From NCBI GenBank assembly GCA_964057225.1, contig OZ059894.1, forward strand, positions 21,204,001 through 21,268,000: a stretch of 64,000 nucleotides of DNA, written 5' to 3'. A model generated the notes under the pieces. It saw only the letters and a program-made list of their open reading frames with translations, did not search any database and had not been told where the DNA came from. Position numbers and translations under genes: made by a program. The stretch is from Auanema rhodensis (taxonomy: Eukaryota > Animalia > Nematoda). Shown here in pieces: positions 11,301 through 25,400 of the stretch. Each line of letters begins with the position of its first letter. Positions within the stretch are counted from its first letter, which is position 1.

Positions 11301-12480
11301 TCAACGAAAAAATTAATTCTTCAGGGTGAAAATCGAGGATATAAGTGTGAACTTATATCAGTTGATATCTCGGTGCATTTTTAAGCTAGCGCAAATCTGA
11401 TAACACAGATCGACGCAGCTTAAAAATCCGCATCGAATGCACTATACTACATTGAGAAACGCTTAATACAAAAATAAGTTATGATCGTTTGAAAAATGAT
11501 GCATTAGTGTATGTTGAGTTTGCATGTACACTCAACATTGCTTCCAAAAACATTTTGACAAAAATTTTTTCGAAAAATTTCAAAATAATTTAGCAAAAAG
11601 TAGATGTTTTTAGATTTTTTTTTTCAAGGCAAAGACGATGGACAATGTTATTCAACGAAAAAATTAATTCTTCAGGGTGAAAATCGAGGATATAAGTGTA
11701 AACTTATATCAGTTGATATCTCGGTGCATTTTTAAGCTAGCGCAAATCTGATAACACAGATCGACGCAGCTTAAAAATCCGCATCGAATGCACTATACTA
11801 CATTGAGAAACGCTTAATACAAAAATTAGTTATGATCGTTTGAAAAATGATGCATTAGTGTATGTTGAGTTTCCATGTACACTCAACATTGCTTCCAAAA
11901 ACATTTTGACAAAAATTTTTTCGAAAAATTTCAGAATAATTCAGCAAAAAGTAGATGTTTTTAGATTCCTTTTTCCAAGGCAAAGACGATGGACAATGTT
12001 ATTCAACGAAAAAATTAATTCTTCAGGGTGAAAATCGAGGATATAAGTGTGAACTTATATCAGTTGATATCTCGGTGCATTTTTAAGCTAGCGCAAATCT
12101 GATAACACAGATCGACGCAGCTTAAAAATCCGCATCGAATGCACTATACTACATTGAGAAACGTTTGATACAAAAATTAGTTATGATCGTTTGAAAAATG
12201 ATGCATTAGTGTATGTTGAGTTTCCATGTACACTCAACATTGCTTCCAAAAACATTTTGACAAAAATTTTTTCGAAAAATTTCAAAATAATTTAGCAAAA
12301 AGTAGATGTTTTTAGATTCCTTTTTTTAAGGCAAAGACGATGGACAATGTTATTCAACGAAAAAATTAATTCTTCAGGGTGAAAATCGAGGATATAAGTG
12401 TGAACTTATATCAGTTGATATCTCGGTGCATTTTTAAGCTAGCGCAAATCTGATAACACAGATCGACGCAGCTTAAAAAT
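2400..12480. repeat. Block of monomers present three times at 11- and 10-monomer offsets
   Basis: Rare GAGTTTGCATG allele at 4151, 8012 (+3861) and 11522 (+3510). ORF-allele pairs at 3767/4469, 7628/8330 and 11138/11840. T>A at 2439 and 6300. Boundaries are approximate. Confidence 0.85.
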
Positions 12481-15400
12481 CCGCATCGAATGCACTATAC
12501 TACATTGAGAAACGCTTAATACACAAATTAGTTATGATCGTTTGAAAAATGATGCATTAGTGTATGTTGAGTTTCCATGTACACTCAACATTGCTTCCAA
12601 AAACATTTTGACAAAAATTTTTTCGAAAAATTTCAAAATAATTTAGCAAAAAGTAGATGTTTTTAGATTTCTTTTTTCAAGGCAAAGACGATGGACAATG
12701 TTATTCAACGAAAAAATTAATTCTTCAGGGTGAAAATCGAGGATATAAGTGTGAACTTATATCAGTTGATATCTCGGTGCATTTTTAAGCTAGCGCAAAT
12801 CTGATAACACAGATCGACGCAGCTTAAAAATCCGCATCGAATGCACTATACTACATCAAGAAACGCTTGATACACAAATTAGTTATGATCGTTTGAAAAA
12901 TGATGCATTAGTGTATGTTGAGTTTCCATGTACACTCAACATTGCTTCCAAAAACATTTTGACAAAAATTTTTTCGAAAAATTTCAAAATAATTTAGCAA
13001 AAAGTAGATGTTTTTAGATTCCTTTTTTTAAGGCAAAGACGATGGACAATGTTATTCAACGAAAAAATTAATTCTTCAGGGTGAAAATCGAGGATATAAG
13101 TGTGAACTTATATCAGTTGATATCTCGGTGCATTTTTAAGCTAGCGCAAATCTGATAACACAGATCGACGCAGCTTAAAAATCCGCATCGAATGCACTTT
13201 ACTACATTGAGAAACGCTTAATACACAAATTAGTTATGATCGTTTGAAAAATGATGCATTAGTGTATGTTGAGTTTCCATGTACACTCAACATTGCTTCC
13301 AAAAACATTTTGACAAAAATTTTTTCGAAAAATTTCAAAATAATTTAGCAAAAAGTAGATGTTTTTAGATTTCTTTTTTCAAGGCAAAGACGATGGACAA
13401 TGTTATTCAACGAAAAAATTAATTCTTCAGGGTGAAAATCGAGGATATAAGTGTGAACTTATATCAGTTGATATCTCGGTGCATTTTTAAGCTAGCGCAA
13501 ATCTGATAACACAGATCGACGCAGCTTAAAAATCCGCATCGAATGCACTATACTACATCAAGAAAAGCTTGATACACAAATTAGTTATGATCGTTTGAAA
13601 AATGATGCATTAGTGTATGTTGAGTTTCCATGTACACTCAACATTGCTTCCAAAAACATTTTGACAAAAATTTTTTCGAAAAATTTCAAAATAATTTAGC
13701 AAAAAGTAGATGTTTTTAGATTCCATTTTTCAAGGCAAAGACGATAGACAATGTTATTCAACGAAAAAATTAATTCTTCAGGGTGAAAATCGAGGATATA
13801 AGTGTGAACTTATATCAGTTGATATCTCGGTGCATTTTTAAGCTAGCGCAAATCTGATAACACAGATCGACGCAGCTTAAAAATCCGCATCGAATGCACT
13901 ATACTACATCAAGAAACGCTTGATACAAAAATTAGTTATGATCGTTTGAAAAATGATGCATTAGTGTATGTTGAGTTTCCATGTACACTCAACATTGCTT
14001 CCAAAAACATTTTGACAAAAATTTTTTCGAAAAATTTCAAAATAATTTAGCAAAAAGTAGATGTTTTTAGATTCCTTTTTTTAAGGCAAAGACGATGGAC
14101 AATGTTATTCAACGAAAAAATTAATTCTTCAGGGTGAAAATCGAGGATATAAGTGTGAACTTATATCAGTTGATATCTCGGTGCATTTTTAAGCTAGCGC
14201 AAATCTGATAACACAGATCGACGCAGCGTAAAAATCCGCATCGAATGCACTATACTACATTGAGAAACGCTTAATACAAAAATTAGTTATGATCGTTTGA
14301 AAAATGATGCATTAGTGTATGTTGAGTTTCCATGTACACTCAACATTGCTTCCAAAAACATTTTGACAAAAATTTTTTCGAAAAATTTCAAAATAATTTA
14401 GCAAAAAGTAGATGTTTTTAGATTTTTTTTTTCAAGGCAAAGACGATGGACAATGTTATTCAACGAAAAAATTAATTCTTCAGGGTGAAAATCGAGGATA
14501 TAAGTGTAAACTTATATCAGTTGATATCTCGGTGCATTTTTAAGCTAGCGCAAATCTGATAACACAGATCGACGCAGCTTAAAAATCCGCATCGAATGCA
14601 CTATACTACATTGAGAAACGCTTAATACAAAAATTAGTTATGATCGTTTGAAAAATGATGCATTAGTGTATGTTGAGTTTCCATGTACACTCAACATTGC
14701 TTCCAAAAACATTTTGACAAAAATTTTTTCGAAAAATTTCAGAATAATTCAGCAAAAAGTAGATGTTTTTAGATTCCTTTTTCCAAGGCAAAGACGATGG
14801 ACAATGTTATTCAACGAAAAAATTAATTCTTCAGGGTGAAAATCGAGGATATAAGTGTGAACTTATATCAGTTGATATCTCGGTGCATTTTTAAGCTAGC
14901 GCAAATCTGATAACACAGATCGACGCAGCTTAAAAATCCGCATCGAATGCGCTATACTACATTGAGAAACGTTTGATACAAAAATTAGTTATGATCGTTT
15001 GAAAAATGATGCATTAGTGTATGTTGAGTTTCCATGTACACTCAACATTGCTTCCAAAAACATTTTGACAAAAATTTTTTCGAAAAATTTCAAAATAATT
15101 TAGCAAAAAGTAGATGTTTTTAGATTCCTTTTTTTAAGGCAAAGACGATGGACAATGTTATTCAACGAAAAAATTAATTCTTCAGGGTGAAAATCGAGGA
15201 TATAAGTGTGAACTTATATCAGTTGATATCTCGGTGCATTTTTAAGCTAGCGCAAATCTGATAACACAGATCGACGCAGCTTAAAAATCCGCATCGAATG
15301 CACTATACTACATTGAGAAACGCTTAATACACAAATTAGTTATGATCGTTTGAAAAATGATGCATTAGTGTATGTTGAGTTTCCATGTACACTCAACATT

Positions 15401-18400
15401 GCTTCCAAAAACATTTTGACAAAAATTTTTTCGAAAAATTTCAAAATAATTTAGCAAAAAGTAGATGTTTTTAGATTTCTTTTTTCAAGGCAAAGACGAT
15501 GGACAATGTTATTCAACGAAAAAATTAATTCTTCAGGGTGAAAATCGAGGATATAAGTGTGAACTTATATCAGTTGATATCTCGGTGCATTTTTAAGCTA
15601 GCGCAAATCTGATAACACAGATCGACGCAGCTTAAAAATCCGCATCGAATGCACTATACTACATCAAGAAACGCTTAATACACAAATTAGTTATGATCGT
15701 TTGAAAAATGATGCATTAGTGTATGTTGAGTTTCCATGTACACTCAACATTGCTTCCAAAAACATTTTGACAAAAATTTTTTCGAAAAATTTCAAAATAA
15801 TTTAGCAAAAAGTAGATGTTTTTAGATTTCTGTTTTTAAGGCAAAGACGATGGACAATGTTATTCAACGAAAAAATTAATTCTTCAGGGTGAAAATCGAG
15901 GATATAAGTGTGAACTTATATCAGTTGATATCTCGGTGCATTTTTAAGCTAGCGCAAATTTGATAACACAGATCGACGCAGCTTAAAAATCCGCATCGAA
16001 TGCACTATACTAAATTGAGAAACGCTTAATACACAAATTAGTTATGATCGTTTGAAAAATGATGCATTAGTGTATGTTGAGTTTCCATGTACACTCAACA
16101 TTGCTTCCAAAAACATTTTGACAAAAATTTTTTCGAAAAATTTCAAAATAATTTAGCAAAAAGTAGATGTTTTTAGATTTCTTTTTTCAAGGCAAAGACG
16201 ATGGACAATGTTATTCAACGAAAAAATTAATTCTTCAGGGTGAAAATCGAGGATATAAGTGTGAACTTATATCAGTTGATATCTCGGTGCATTTTTAAGC
16301 TAGCGCAAATCTGATAACACAGATCGACGCAGCTTAAAAATCCGCATCGAATGCACTATACTACATCAAGAAACGCTTAATACACAAATTAGTTATGATC
16401 GTTTGAAAAATGATGCATTAGTGTATGTTGAGTTTCCATGTACACTCAACATTGCTTCCAAAAACATTTTGACAAAAATTTTTTCGAAAAATTTCAAAAT
16501 AATTTAGCAAAAAGTAGATGTTTTTAGATTCCTTTTTTTAAGGCAAAGACGATGGACAATGTTCTTCAACGAAAAAATTAATTCTTCAGGGTGAAAATCG
16601 AGGATATAAGTGTGAACTTATATCAGTTGATATCTCGGTGCAATTTTCAGCTAGCGCAAATCTGATAACACAGATCGACGCAGCTTAAAAATCCGCATCG
16701 AATGCACTATACTACATTGAGAAACGCTTAATACAAAAATTAGTTATGATCGTTTGAAAAATGATGCATTAGTGTATGTTGAGTTTCCATGTACACTCAA
16801 CATTGCTTCCAAAAACATTTTGACAAAAATTTTTTCGAAAAATTTCAAAATAATTTAGCAAAAAGTAGATGTTTTTAGATTTCTTTTTTCAAGGCAAAGA
16901 CGATGGACAATGTTATTCAACGAAAAAATTAATTCTTCAGGGTGAAAATCGAGGATATAAGTGTGAACTTATATCAGTTGATATCTCGGTGCATTTTTAA
17001 GCTAGCGCAAATCTGATAACACAGATCGACGCAGCTTAAAAATCCGCATCGAATGCACTATACTACATCAAGAAACGCTTAATACACAAATTAGTTATGA
17101 TCGTTTGAAAAATGATGCATTAGTGTATGTTGAGTTTCCATGTACACTCAACATTGCTTCCAAAAACATTTTGACAAAAATTTTTTCGAAAAATTTCAAA
17201 ATAATTTAGCAAAAAGTAGATGTTTTTAGATTTCTTTTTTCAAGGCAAAGACGATGGACAATGTTATTCAACGAAAAAATTAATTCTTCAGGGTGAAAAT
17301 CGAGGATATAAGTGTGAACTTATATCAGTTGATATCTCGGTGCATTTTTAAGCTAGCGCAAATCTGATAACACAGATCGACGCAGCTTAAAAATCCGCAT
17401 CGAATGCACTATACTACATTGAGAAACGTTTGATACAAAAATTAGTTATGATCGTTTGAAAAATGATGCATTAGTGTATGTTGAGTTTCCATGTACACTC
17501 AACATTGCTTCCAAAAACATTTTGACAAAAATTTTTTCGAAAAATTTCAAAATAATTTAGCAAAAAGTAGATGTTTTTAGATTCCTTTTTTTAAGGCAAA
17601 GACGATGGACAATGTTATTCAACGAAAAAATTAATTCTTCAGGGTGAAAATCGAGGATATAAGTGTGAACTTATATCAGTTGATATCTCGGTGCATTTTT
17701 AAGCTAGCGCAAATCTGATAACACAGATCGACGCAGCTTAAAAATCCGCATCGAATGCACTATACTACATTGAGAAACGCTTAATACACAAATTAGTTAT
17801 GATCGTTTGAAAAATGATGCATTAGTGTATGTTGAGTTTCCATGTACACTCAACATTGCTTCCAAAAACATTTTGACAAAAATTTTTTCGAAAAATTTCA
17901 AAATAATTTAGCAAAAAGTAGATGTTTTTAGATTTCTTTTTTCAAGGCAAAGACGATGGACAATGTTATTCAACGAAAAAATTAATTCTTCAGGGTGAAA
18001 ATCGAGGATATAAGTGTGAACTTATATCAGTTGATATCTCGGTGCATTTTTAAGCTAGCGCAAATCTGATAACACAGATCGACGCAGCTTAAAAATCCGC
18101 ATCGAATGCACTATACTACATCAAGAAACGCTTGATACACAAATTAGTTATGATCGTTTGAAAAATGATGCATTAGTGTATGTTGAGTTTCCATGTACAC
18201 TCAACATTGCTTCCAAAAACATTTTGACAAAAATTTTTTCGAAAAATTTCAAAATAATTTAGCAAAAAGTAGATGTTTTTAGATTCCTTTTTTTAAGGCA
18301 AAGACGATGGACAATGTTATTCAACGAAAAAATTAATTCTTCAGGGTGAAAATCGAGGATATAAGTGTGAACTTATATCAGTTGATATCTCGGTGCATTT

Positions 18401-21400
18401 TTAAGCTAGCGCAAATCTGATAACACAGATCGACGCAGCTTAAAAATCCGCATCGAATGCACTTTACTACATTGAGAAACGCTTAATACACAAATTAGTT
18501 ATGATCGTTTGAAAAATGATGCATTAGTGTATGTTGAGTTTCCATGTACACTCAACATTGCTTCCAAAAACATTTTGACAAAAATTTTTTCGAAAAATTT
18601 CAAAATAATTTAGCAAAAAGTAGATGTTTTTAGATTTCTTTTTTCAAGGCAAAGACGATGGACAATGTTATTCAACGAAAAAATTAATTCTTCAGGGTGA
18701 AAATCGAGGATATAAGTGTGAACTTATATCAGTTGATATCTCGGTGCATTTTTAAGCTAGCGCAAATCTGATAACACAGATCGACGCAGCTTAAAAATCC
18801 GCATCGAATGCACTATACTACATCAAGAAAAGCTTGATACACAAATTAGTTATGATCGTTTGAAAAATGATGCATTAGTGTATGTTGAGTTTCCATGTAC
18901 ACTCAACATTGCTTCCAAAAACATTTTGACAAAAATTTTTTCGAAAAATTTCAAAATAATTTAGCAAAAAGTAGATGTTTTTAGATTCCATTTTTCAAGG
19001 CAAAGACGATAGACAATGTTATTCAACGAAAAAATTAATTCTTCAGGGTGAAAATCGAGGATATAAGTGTGAACTTATATCAGTTGATATCTCGGTGCAT
19101 TTTTAAGCTAGCGCAAATCTGATAACACAGATCGACGCAGCTTAAAAATCCGCATCGAATGCACTATACTACATCAAGAAACGCTTGATACAAAAATTAG
19201 TTATGATCGTTTGAAAAATGATGCATTAGTGTATGTTGAGTTTCCATGTACACTCAACATTGCTTCCAAAAACATTTTGACAAAAATTTTTTCGAAAAAT
19301 TTCAAAATAATTTAGCAAAAAGTAGATGTTTTTAGATTCCTTTTTTTAAGGCAAAGACGATGGACAATGTTATTCAACGAAAAAATTAATTCTTCAGGGT
19401 GAAAATCGAGGATATAAGTGTGAACTTATATCAGTTGATATCTCGGTGCATTTTTAAGCTAGCGCAAATCTGATAACACAGATCGACGCAGCGTAAAAAT
19501 CCGCATCGAATGCACTATACTACATTGAGAAACGCTTAATACAAAAATTAGTTATGATCGTTTGAAAAATGATGCATTAGTGTATGTTGAGTTTCCATGT
19601 ACACTCAACATTGCTTCCAAAAACATTTTGACAAAAATTTTTTCGAAAAATTTCAAAATAATTTAGCAAAAAGTAGATGTTTTTAGATTTTTTTTTTCAA
19701 GGCAAAGACGATGGACAATGTTATTCAACGAAAAAATTAATTCTTCAGGGTGAAAATCGAGGATATAAGTGTAAACTTATATCAGTTGATATCTCGGTGC
19801 ATTTTTAAGCTAGCGCAAATCTGATAACACAGATCGACGCAGCTTAAAAATCCGCATCGAATGCACTATACTACATTGAGAAACGCTTAATACAAAAATT
19901 AGTTATGATCGTTTGAAAAATGATGCATTAGTGTATGTTGAGTTTCCATGTACACTCAACATTGCTTCCAAAAACATTTTGACAAAAATTTTTTCGAAAA
20001 ATTTCAGAATAATTCAGCAAAAAGTAGATGTTTTTAGATTCCTTTTTCCAAGGCAAAGACGATGGACAATGTTATTCAACGAAAAAATTAATTCTTCAGG
20101 GTGAAAATCGAGGATATAAGTGTGAACTTATATCAGTTGATATCTCGGTGCATTTTTAAGCTAGCGCAAATCTGATAACACAGATCGACGCAGCTTAAAA
20201 ATCCGCATCGAATGCGCTATACTACATTGAGAAACGTTTGATACAAAAATTAGTTATGATCGTTTGAAAAATGATGCATTAGTGTATGTTGAGTTTCCAT
20301 GTACACTCAACATTGCTTCCAAAAACATTTTGACAAAAATTTTTTCGAAAAATTTCAAAATAATTTAGCAAAAAGTAGATGTTTTTAGATTCCTTTTTTT
20401 AAGGCAAAGACGATGGACAATGTTATTCAACGAAAAAATTAATTCTTCAGGGTGAAAATCGAGGATATAAGTGTGAACTTATATCAGTTGATATCTCGGT
20501 GCATTTTTAAGCTAGCGCAAATCTGATAACACAGATCGACGCAGCTTAAAAATCCGCATCGAATGCACTATACTACATTGAGAAACGCTTAATACACAAA
20601 TTAGTTATGATCGTTTGAAAAATGATGCATTAGTGTATGTTGAGTTTCCATGTACACTCAACATTGCTTCCAAAAACATTTTGACAAAAATTTTTTCGAA
20701 AAATTTCAAAATAATTTAGCAAAAAGTAGATGTTTTTAGATTTCTTTTTTCAAGGCAAAGACGATGGACAATGTTATTCAACGAAAAAATTAATTCTTCA
20801 GGGTGAAAATCGAGGATATAAGTGTGAACTTATATCAGTTGATATCTCGGTGCATTTTTAAGCTAGCGCAAATCTGATAACACAGATCGACGCAGCTTAA
20901 AAATCCGCATCGAATGCACTATACTACATCAAGAAACGCTTAATACACAAATTAGTTATGATCGTTTGAAAAATGATGCATTAGTGTATGTTGAGTTTCC
21001 ATGTACACTCAACATTGCTTCCAAAAACATTTTGACAAAAATTTTTTCGAAAAATTTCAAAATAATTTAGCAAAAAGTAGATGTTTTTAGATTTCTGTTT
21101 TTAAGGCAAAGACGATGGACAATGTTATTCAACGAAAAAATTAATTCTTCAGGGTGAAAATCGAGGATATAAGTGTGAACTTATATCAGTTGATATCTCG
21201 GTGCATTTTTAAGCTAGCGCAAATTTGATAACACAGATCGACGCAGCTTAAAAATCCGCATCGAATGCACTATACTACATTGAGAAACGCTTAATACACA
21301 AATTAGTTATGATCGTTTGAAAAATGATGCATTAGTGTATGTTGAGTTTCCATGTACACTCAACATTGCTTCCAAAAACATTTTGACAAAAATTTTTTCG

Positions 21401-22497
21401 AAAAATTTCAAAATAATTTAGCAAAAAGTAGATGTTTTTAGATTTCTTTTTTCAAGGCAAAGACGATGGACAATGTTATTCAACGAAAAAATTAATTCTT
21501 CAGGGTGAAAATCGAGGATATAAGTGTGAACTTATATCAGTTGATATCTCGGTGCATTTTTAAGCTAGCGCAAATCTGATAACACAGATCGACGCAGCTT
21601 AAAAATCCGCATCGAATGCACTATACTACATCAAGAAACGCTTAATACACAAATTAGTTATGATCGTTTGAAAAATGATGCATTAGTGTATGTTGAGTTT
21701 CCATGTACACTCAACATTGCTTCCAAAAACATTTTGACAAAAATTTTTTCGAAAAATTTCAAAATAATTTAGCAAAAAGTAGATGTTTTTAGATTCCTTT
21801 TTTTAAGGCAAAGACGATGGACAATGTTCTTCAACGAAAAAATTAATTCTTCAGGGTGAAAATCGAGGATATAAGTGTGAACTTATATCAGTTGATATCT
21901 CGGTGCAATTTTCAGCTAGCGCAAATCTGATAACACAGATCGACGCAGCTTAAAAATCCGCATCGAATGCACTATACTACATTGAGAAACGCTTAATACA
22001 AAAATTAGTTATGATCGTTTGAAAAATGATGCATTAGTGTATGTTGAGTTTCCATGTACACTCAACATTGCTTCCAAAAACATTTTGACAAAAATTTTTT
22101 CGAAAAATTTCAAAATAATTTAGCAAAAAGTAGATGTTTTTAGATTTCTTTTTTCAAGGCAAAGACGATGGACAATGTTATTCAACGAAAAAATTAATTC
22201 TTCAGGGTGAAAATCGAGGATATAAGTGTGAACTTATATCAGTTGATATCTCGGTGCATTTTTAAGCTAGCGCAAATCTGATAACACAGATCGACGCAGC
22301 TTAAAAATCCGCATCGAATGCACTATACTACATCAAGAAACGCTTAATACACAAATTAGTTATGATCGTTTGAAAAATGATGCATTAGTGTATGTTGAGT
22401 TTCCATGTACACTCAACATTGCTTCCAAAAACATTTTGACAAAAATTTTTTCGAAAAATTTCAAAATAATTTAGCAAAAAGTAGATGTTTTTAGATT
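11977..22497. repeat. Tandem duplication of a 15-monomer (5265-bp) higher-order unit
   Basis: Private variants paired at exactly 5265 bp: 13199/18464, 14228/19493, 14951/20216, 16564/21829, and ORF alleles 14648/19913. Confidence 0.92.
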
Positions 22498-25400
22498 CCT
22501 TTTTTTAAGGCAAAGACGATGGACAATGTTCTTCAACGAAAAAATTAATTCTTCAGGGTGAAAATCGAGGATATAAGTGTAAACTTATATCAGTTGATAT
22601 CTCGGTGCATTTTTAAGCTAGCGCAAATCTGATAACACAGATCGACGCAGCTTAAAAATCCGCATCGAATGCACTATACTACATTGAGAAACGCTTAATA
22701 CAAAAATTAGTTATGATCGTTTGAAAAATGATGCATTAGTGTATGTTGAGTTTCCATGTACACTCAACATTGCTTCCAAAAACATTTTGACAAAAATTTT
22801 TTCGAAAAATTTCAAAATAATTTAGCAAAAAGTAGATGTTTTTAGATTTCTTTTTTCAAGGCAAAGACGATGGACAATGTTATTCAACGAAAAAATTAAT
22901 TCTTCAGGGTGAAAATCGAGGATATAAGTGTAAACTTATATCAGTTGATATCTCGGTGCATTTTTAAGCTAGCGCACATCTGATAACACAGATCGCCGCA
23001 GCTTAAAAATCCGCATCGAATGCACTATACTACATTGAGAAACGCTTAATACAAAAATTAGTTATGATCGTTTGAAAAATGATGCATTAGTGTATGTTGA
23101 GTTTCCATGTACACTCAACATTGCTTCCAAAAACATTTTGACAAAAATTTTTTCGAAAAATTTCAGAATAATTCAGCAAAAAGTAGATGTTTTTAGATTC
23201 CTTTTTCCAAGGCAAAGACGATGGACAATGTTATTCAACGAAAAAATTAATTCTTCAGGGTGAAAATCGAGGATATAAGTGTGAACTTATATCAGTTGAT
23301 ATCTCGGTGCATTTTTAAGCTAGCGCAAATCTGATAACACAGATCGACGCAGCTTAAAAATCCGCATCGAATGCACTATACTACATTGAGAAACGTTTGA
23401 TACAAAAATTAGTTATGATCGTTTGAAAAATGATGCATTAGTGTATGTTGAGTTTCCATGTACACTCAACATTGCTTCCAAAAACATTTTGACAAAAATT
23501 TTTTTGAAAAATTTCAAAATAATTTAGCAAAAAGTAGATGTTTTTAGATTCCTTTTTTTAAGGCAAAGACGATGGACAATGTTATTCAACGAAAAAATTA
23601 ATTCTTCAGGGTGAAAATCGAGGATATAAGTGTGAACTTATATCAGTTGATATCTCGGTGCATTTTTAAGCTAGCGCAAATCTGATAACACAGATCGACG
23701 CAGCTTAAAAATCCGCATCGAATGCACTATACTACATTGAGAAACGCTTAATACACAAATTAGTTATGATCGTTTGAAAAATGATGCATTAGTGTATGTT
23801 GAGTTTCCATGTACACTCAACATTGCTTCCAAAAACATTTTGACAAAAATTTTTTCGAAAAATTTCAAAATAATTTAGCAAAAAGTAGATGTTTTTAGAT
23901 TTTTTTTTTCAAGGCAAAGACGATGGACAATGTTATTCAACGAAAAAATTAATTCTTCAGGGTGAAAATCGAGGATATAAGTGTGAACTTATATCAGTTG
24001 ATATCTCGGTGCATTTTTAAGCTAGCGCAAATCTGATAACACAGATCGACGCAGCTTAAAAATCCGCATCGAATGCACTATACTACATTGAGAAACGCTT
24101 AATACACAAATTAGTTATGATCGTTTGAAAAATGATGCATTAGTGTATGTTGAGTTTCCATGTACACTCAACATTGCTTCCAAAAACATTTTGACAAAAA
24201 TTTTTTCGAAAAATTTCAAAATAATTTAGCAAAAAGTAGATGTTTTTAGATTTTTTTTTTCAAGGCAAAGACGATGGACAATGTTATTCAACGAAAAAAT
24301 TAATTCTTCAGGGTGAAAATCGAGGATATAAGTGTGAACTTATATCAGTTGATATCTCGGTGCATTTTTAAGCTAGCGCAAATCTGATAACACAGATCGA
24401 CGCAGCTTAAAAATCCGCATCGAATGCACTATACTACATCAAGAAACGCTTAATACACAAATTAGTTATGATCGTTTGAAAAATGATGCATTAGTGTATG
24501 TTGAGTTTCCATGTACACTCAACATTGCTTCCAAAAACATTTTGACAAAAATTTTTTCGAAAAATTTCAAAATAATTTAGCAAAAAGTAGATGTTTTTAG
24601 ATTCCTGTTTTTAAGGCAAAGACGATGGACAATGTTATTCAACGAAAAAATTAATTCTTCAGGGTGAAAATCGAGGATATAAGTGTGAACTTATATCAGT
24701 TGATATCTCGGTGCATTTTTAAGCTAGCGCAAATTTGATAACACAGATCGACGCAGCTTAAAAATCCGCATCGAATGCACTATACTACATTGAGAAACGC
24801 TTGATAAAAAAATTAGTTATGTTCGTTTGAAAAATGATGCATTAGTGTATGTTGAGTTTCCATGTACACTCAACATTGCTTCCAAAAACATTTTGACAAA
24901 AATTTTTTCGAAAAATTTCAAAATAATTTAGCAAAAAGTAGATGTTTTTAGATTCCTTTTTTTAAGGCAAAGACGATGGACAATGTTATTCAACGAAAAA
25001 ATTAATTCTTCAGGGTGAAAATCGAGGATATAAGTGTGAACTTATATCAGTTGATATCTCGGTGCATTTTTAAGCTAGCGCAAATCTGATAACACAGATC
25101 GACGCAGCTTAAAAATCCGCATCGAATGCACTATACTACATCAAGAAACGCTTGATACAAAAATTAGTTATGATCGTTTGAAAAATGATGCATTAGTGTA
25201 TGTTGAGTTTCCATGTACACTCAACATTGCTTCCAAAAACATTTTGACAAAAATTTTTTCGAAAAATTTCAAAATAATTTAGCAAAAAGTAGATGTTTTT
25301 AGATTTCTTTTTTCAAGGCAAAGACGATGGACAATGTTATTCAACGAAAAAATTAATTCTTCAGGGTGAAAATCGAGGATATAAGTGTGAACTTATATCA

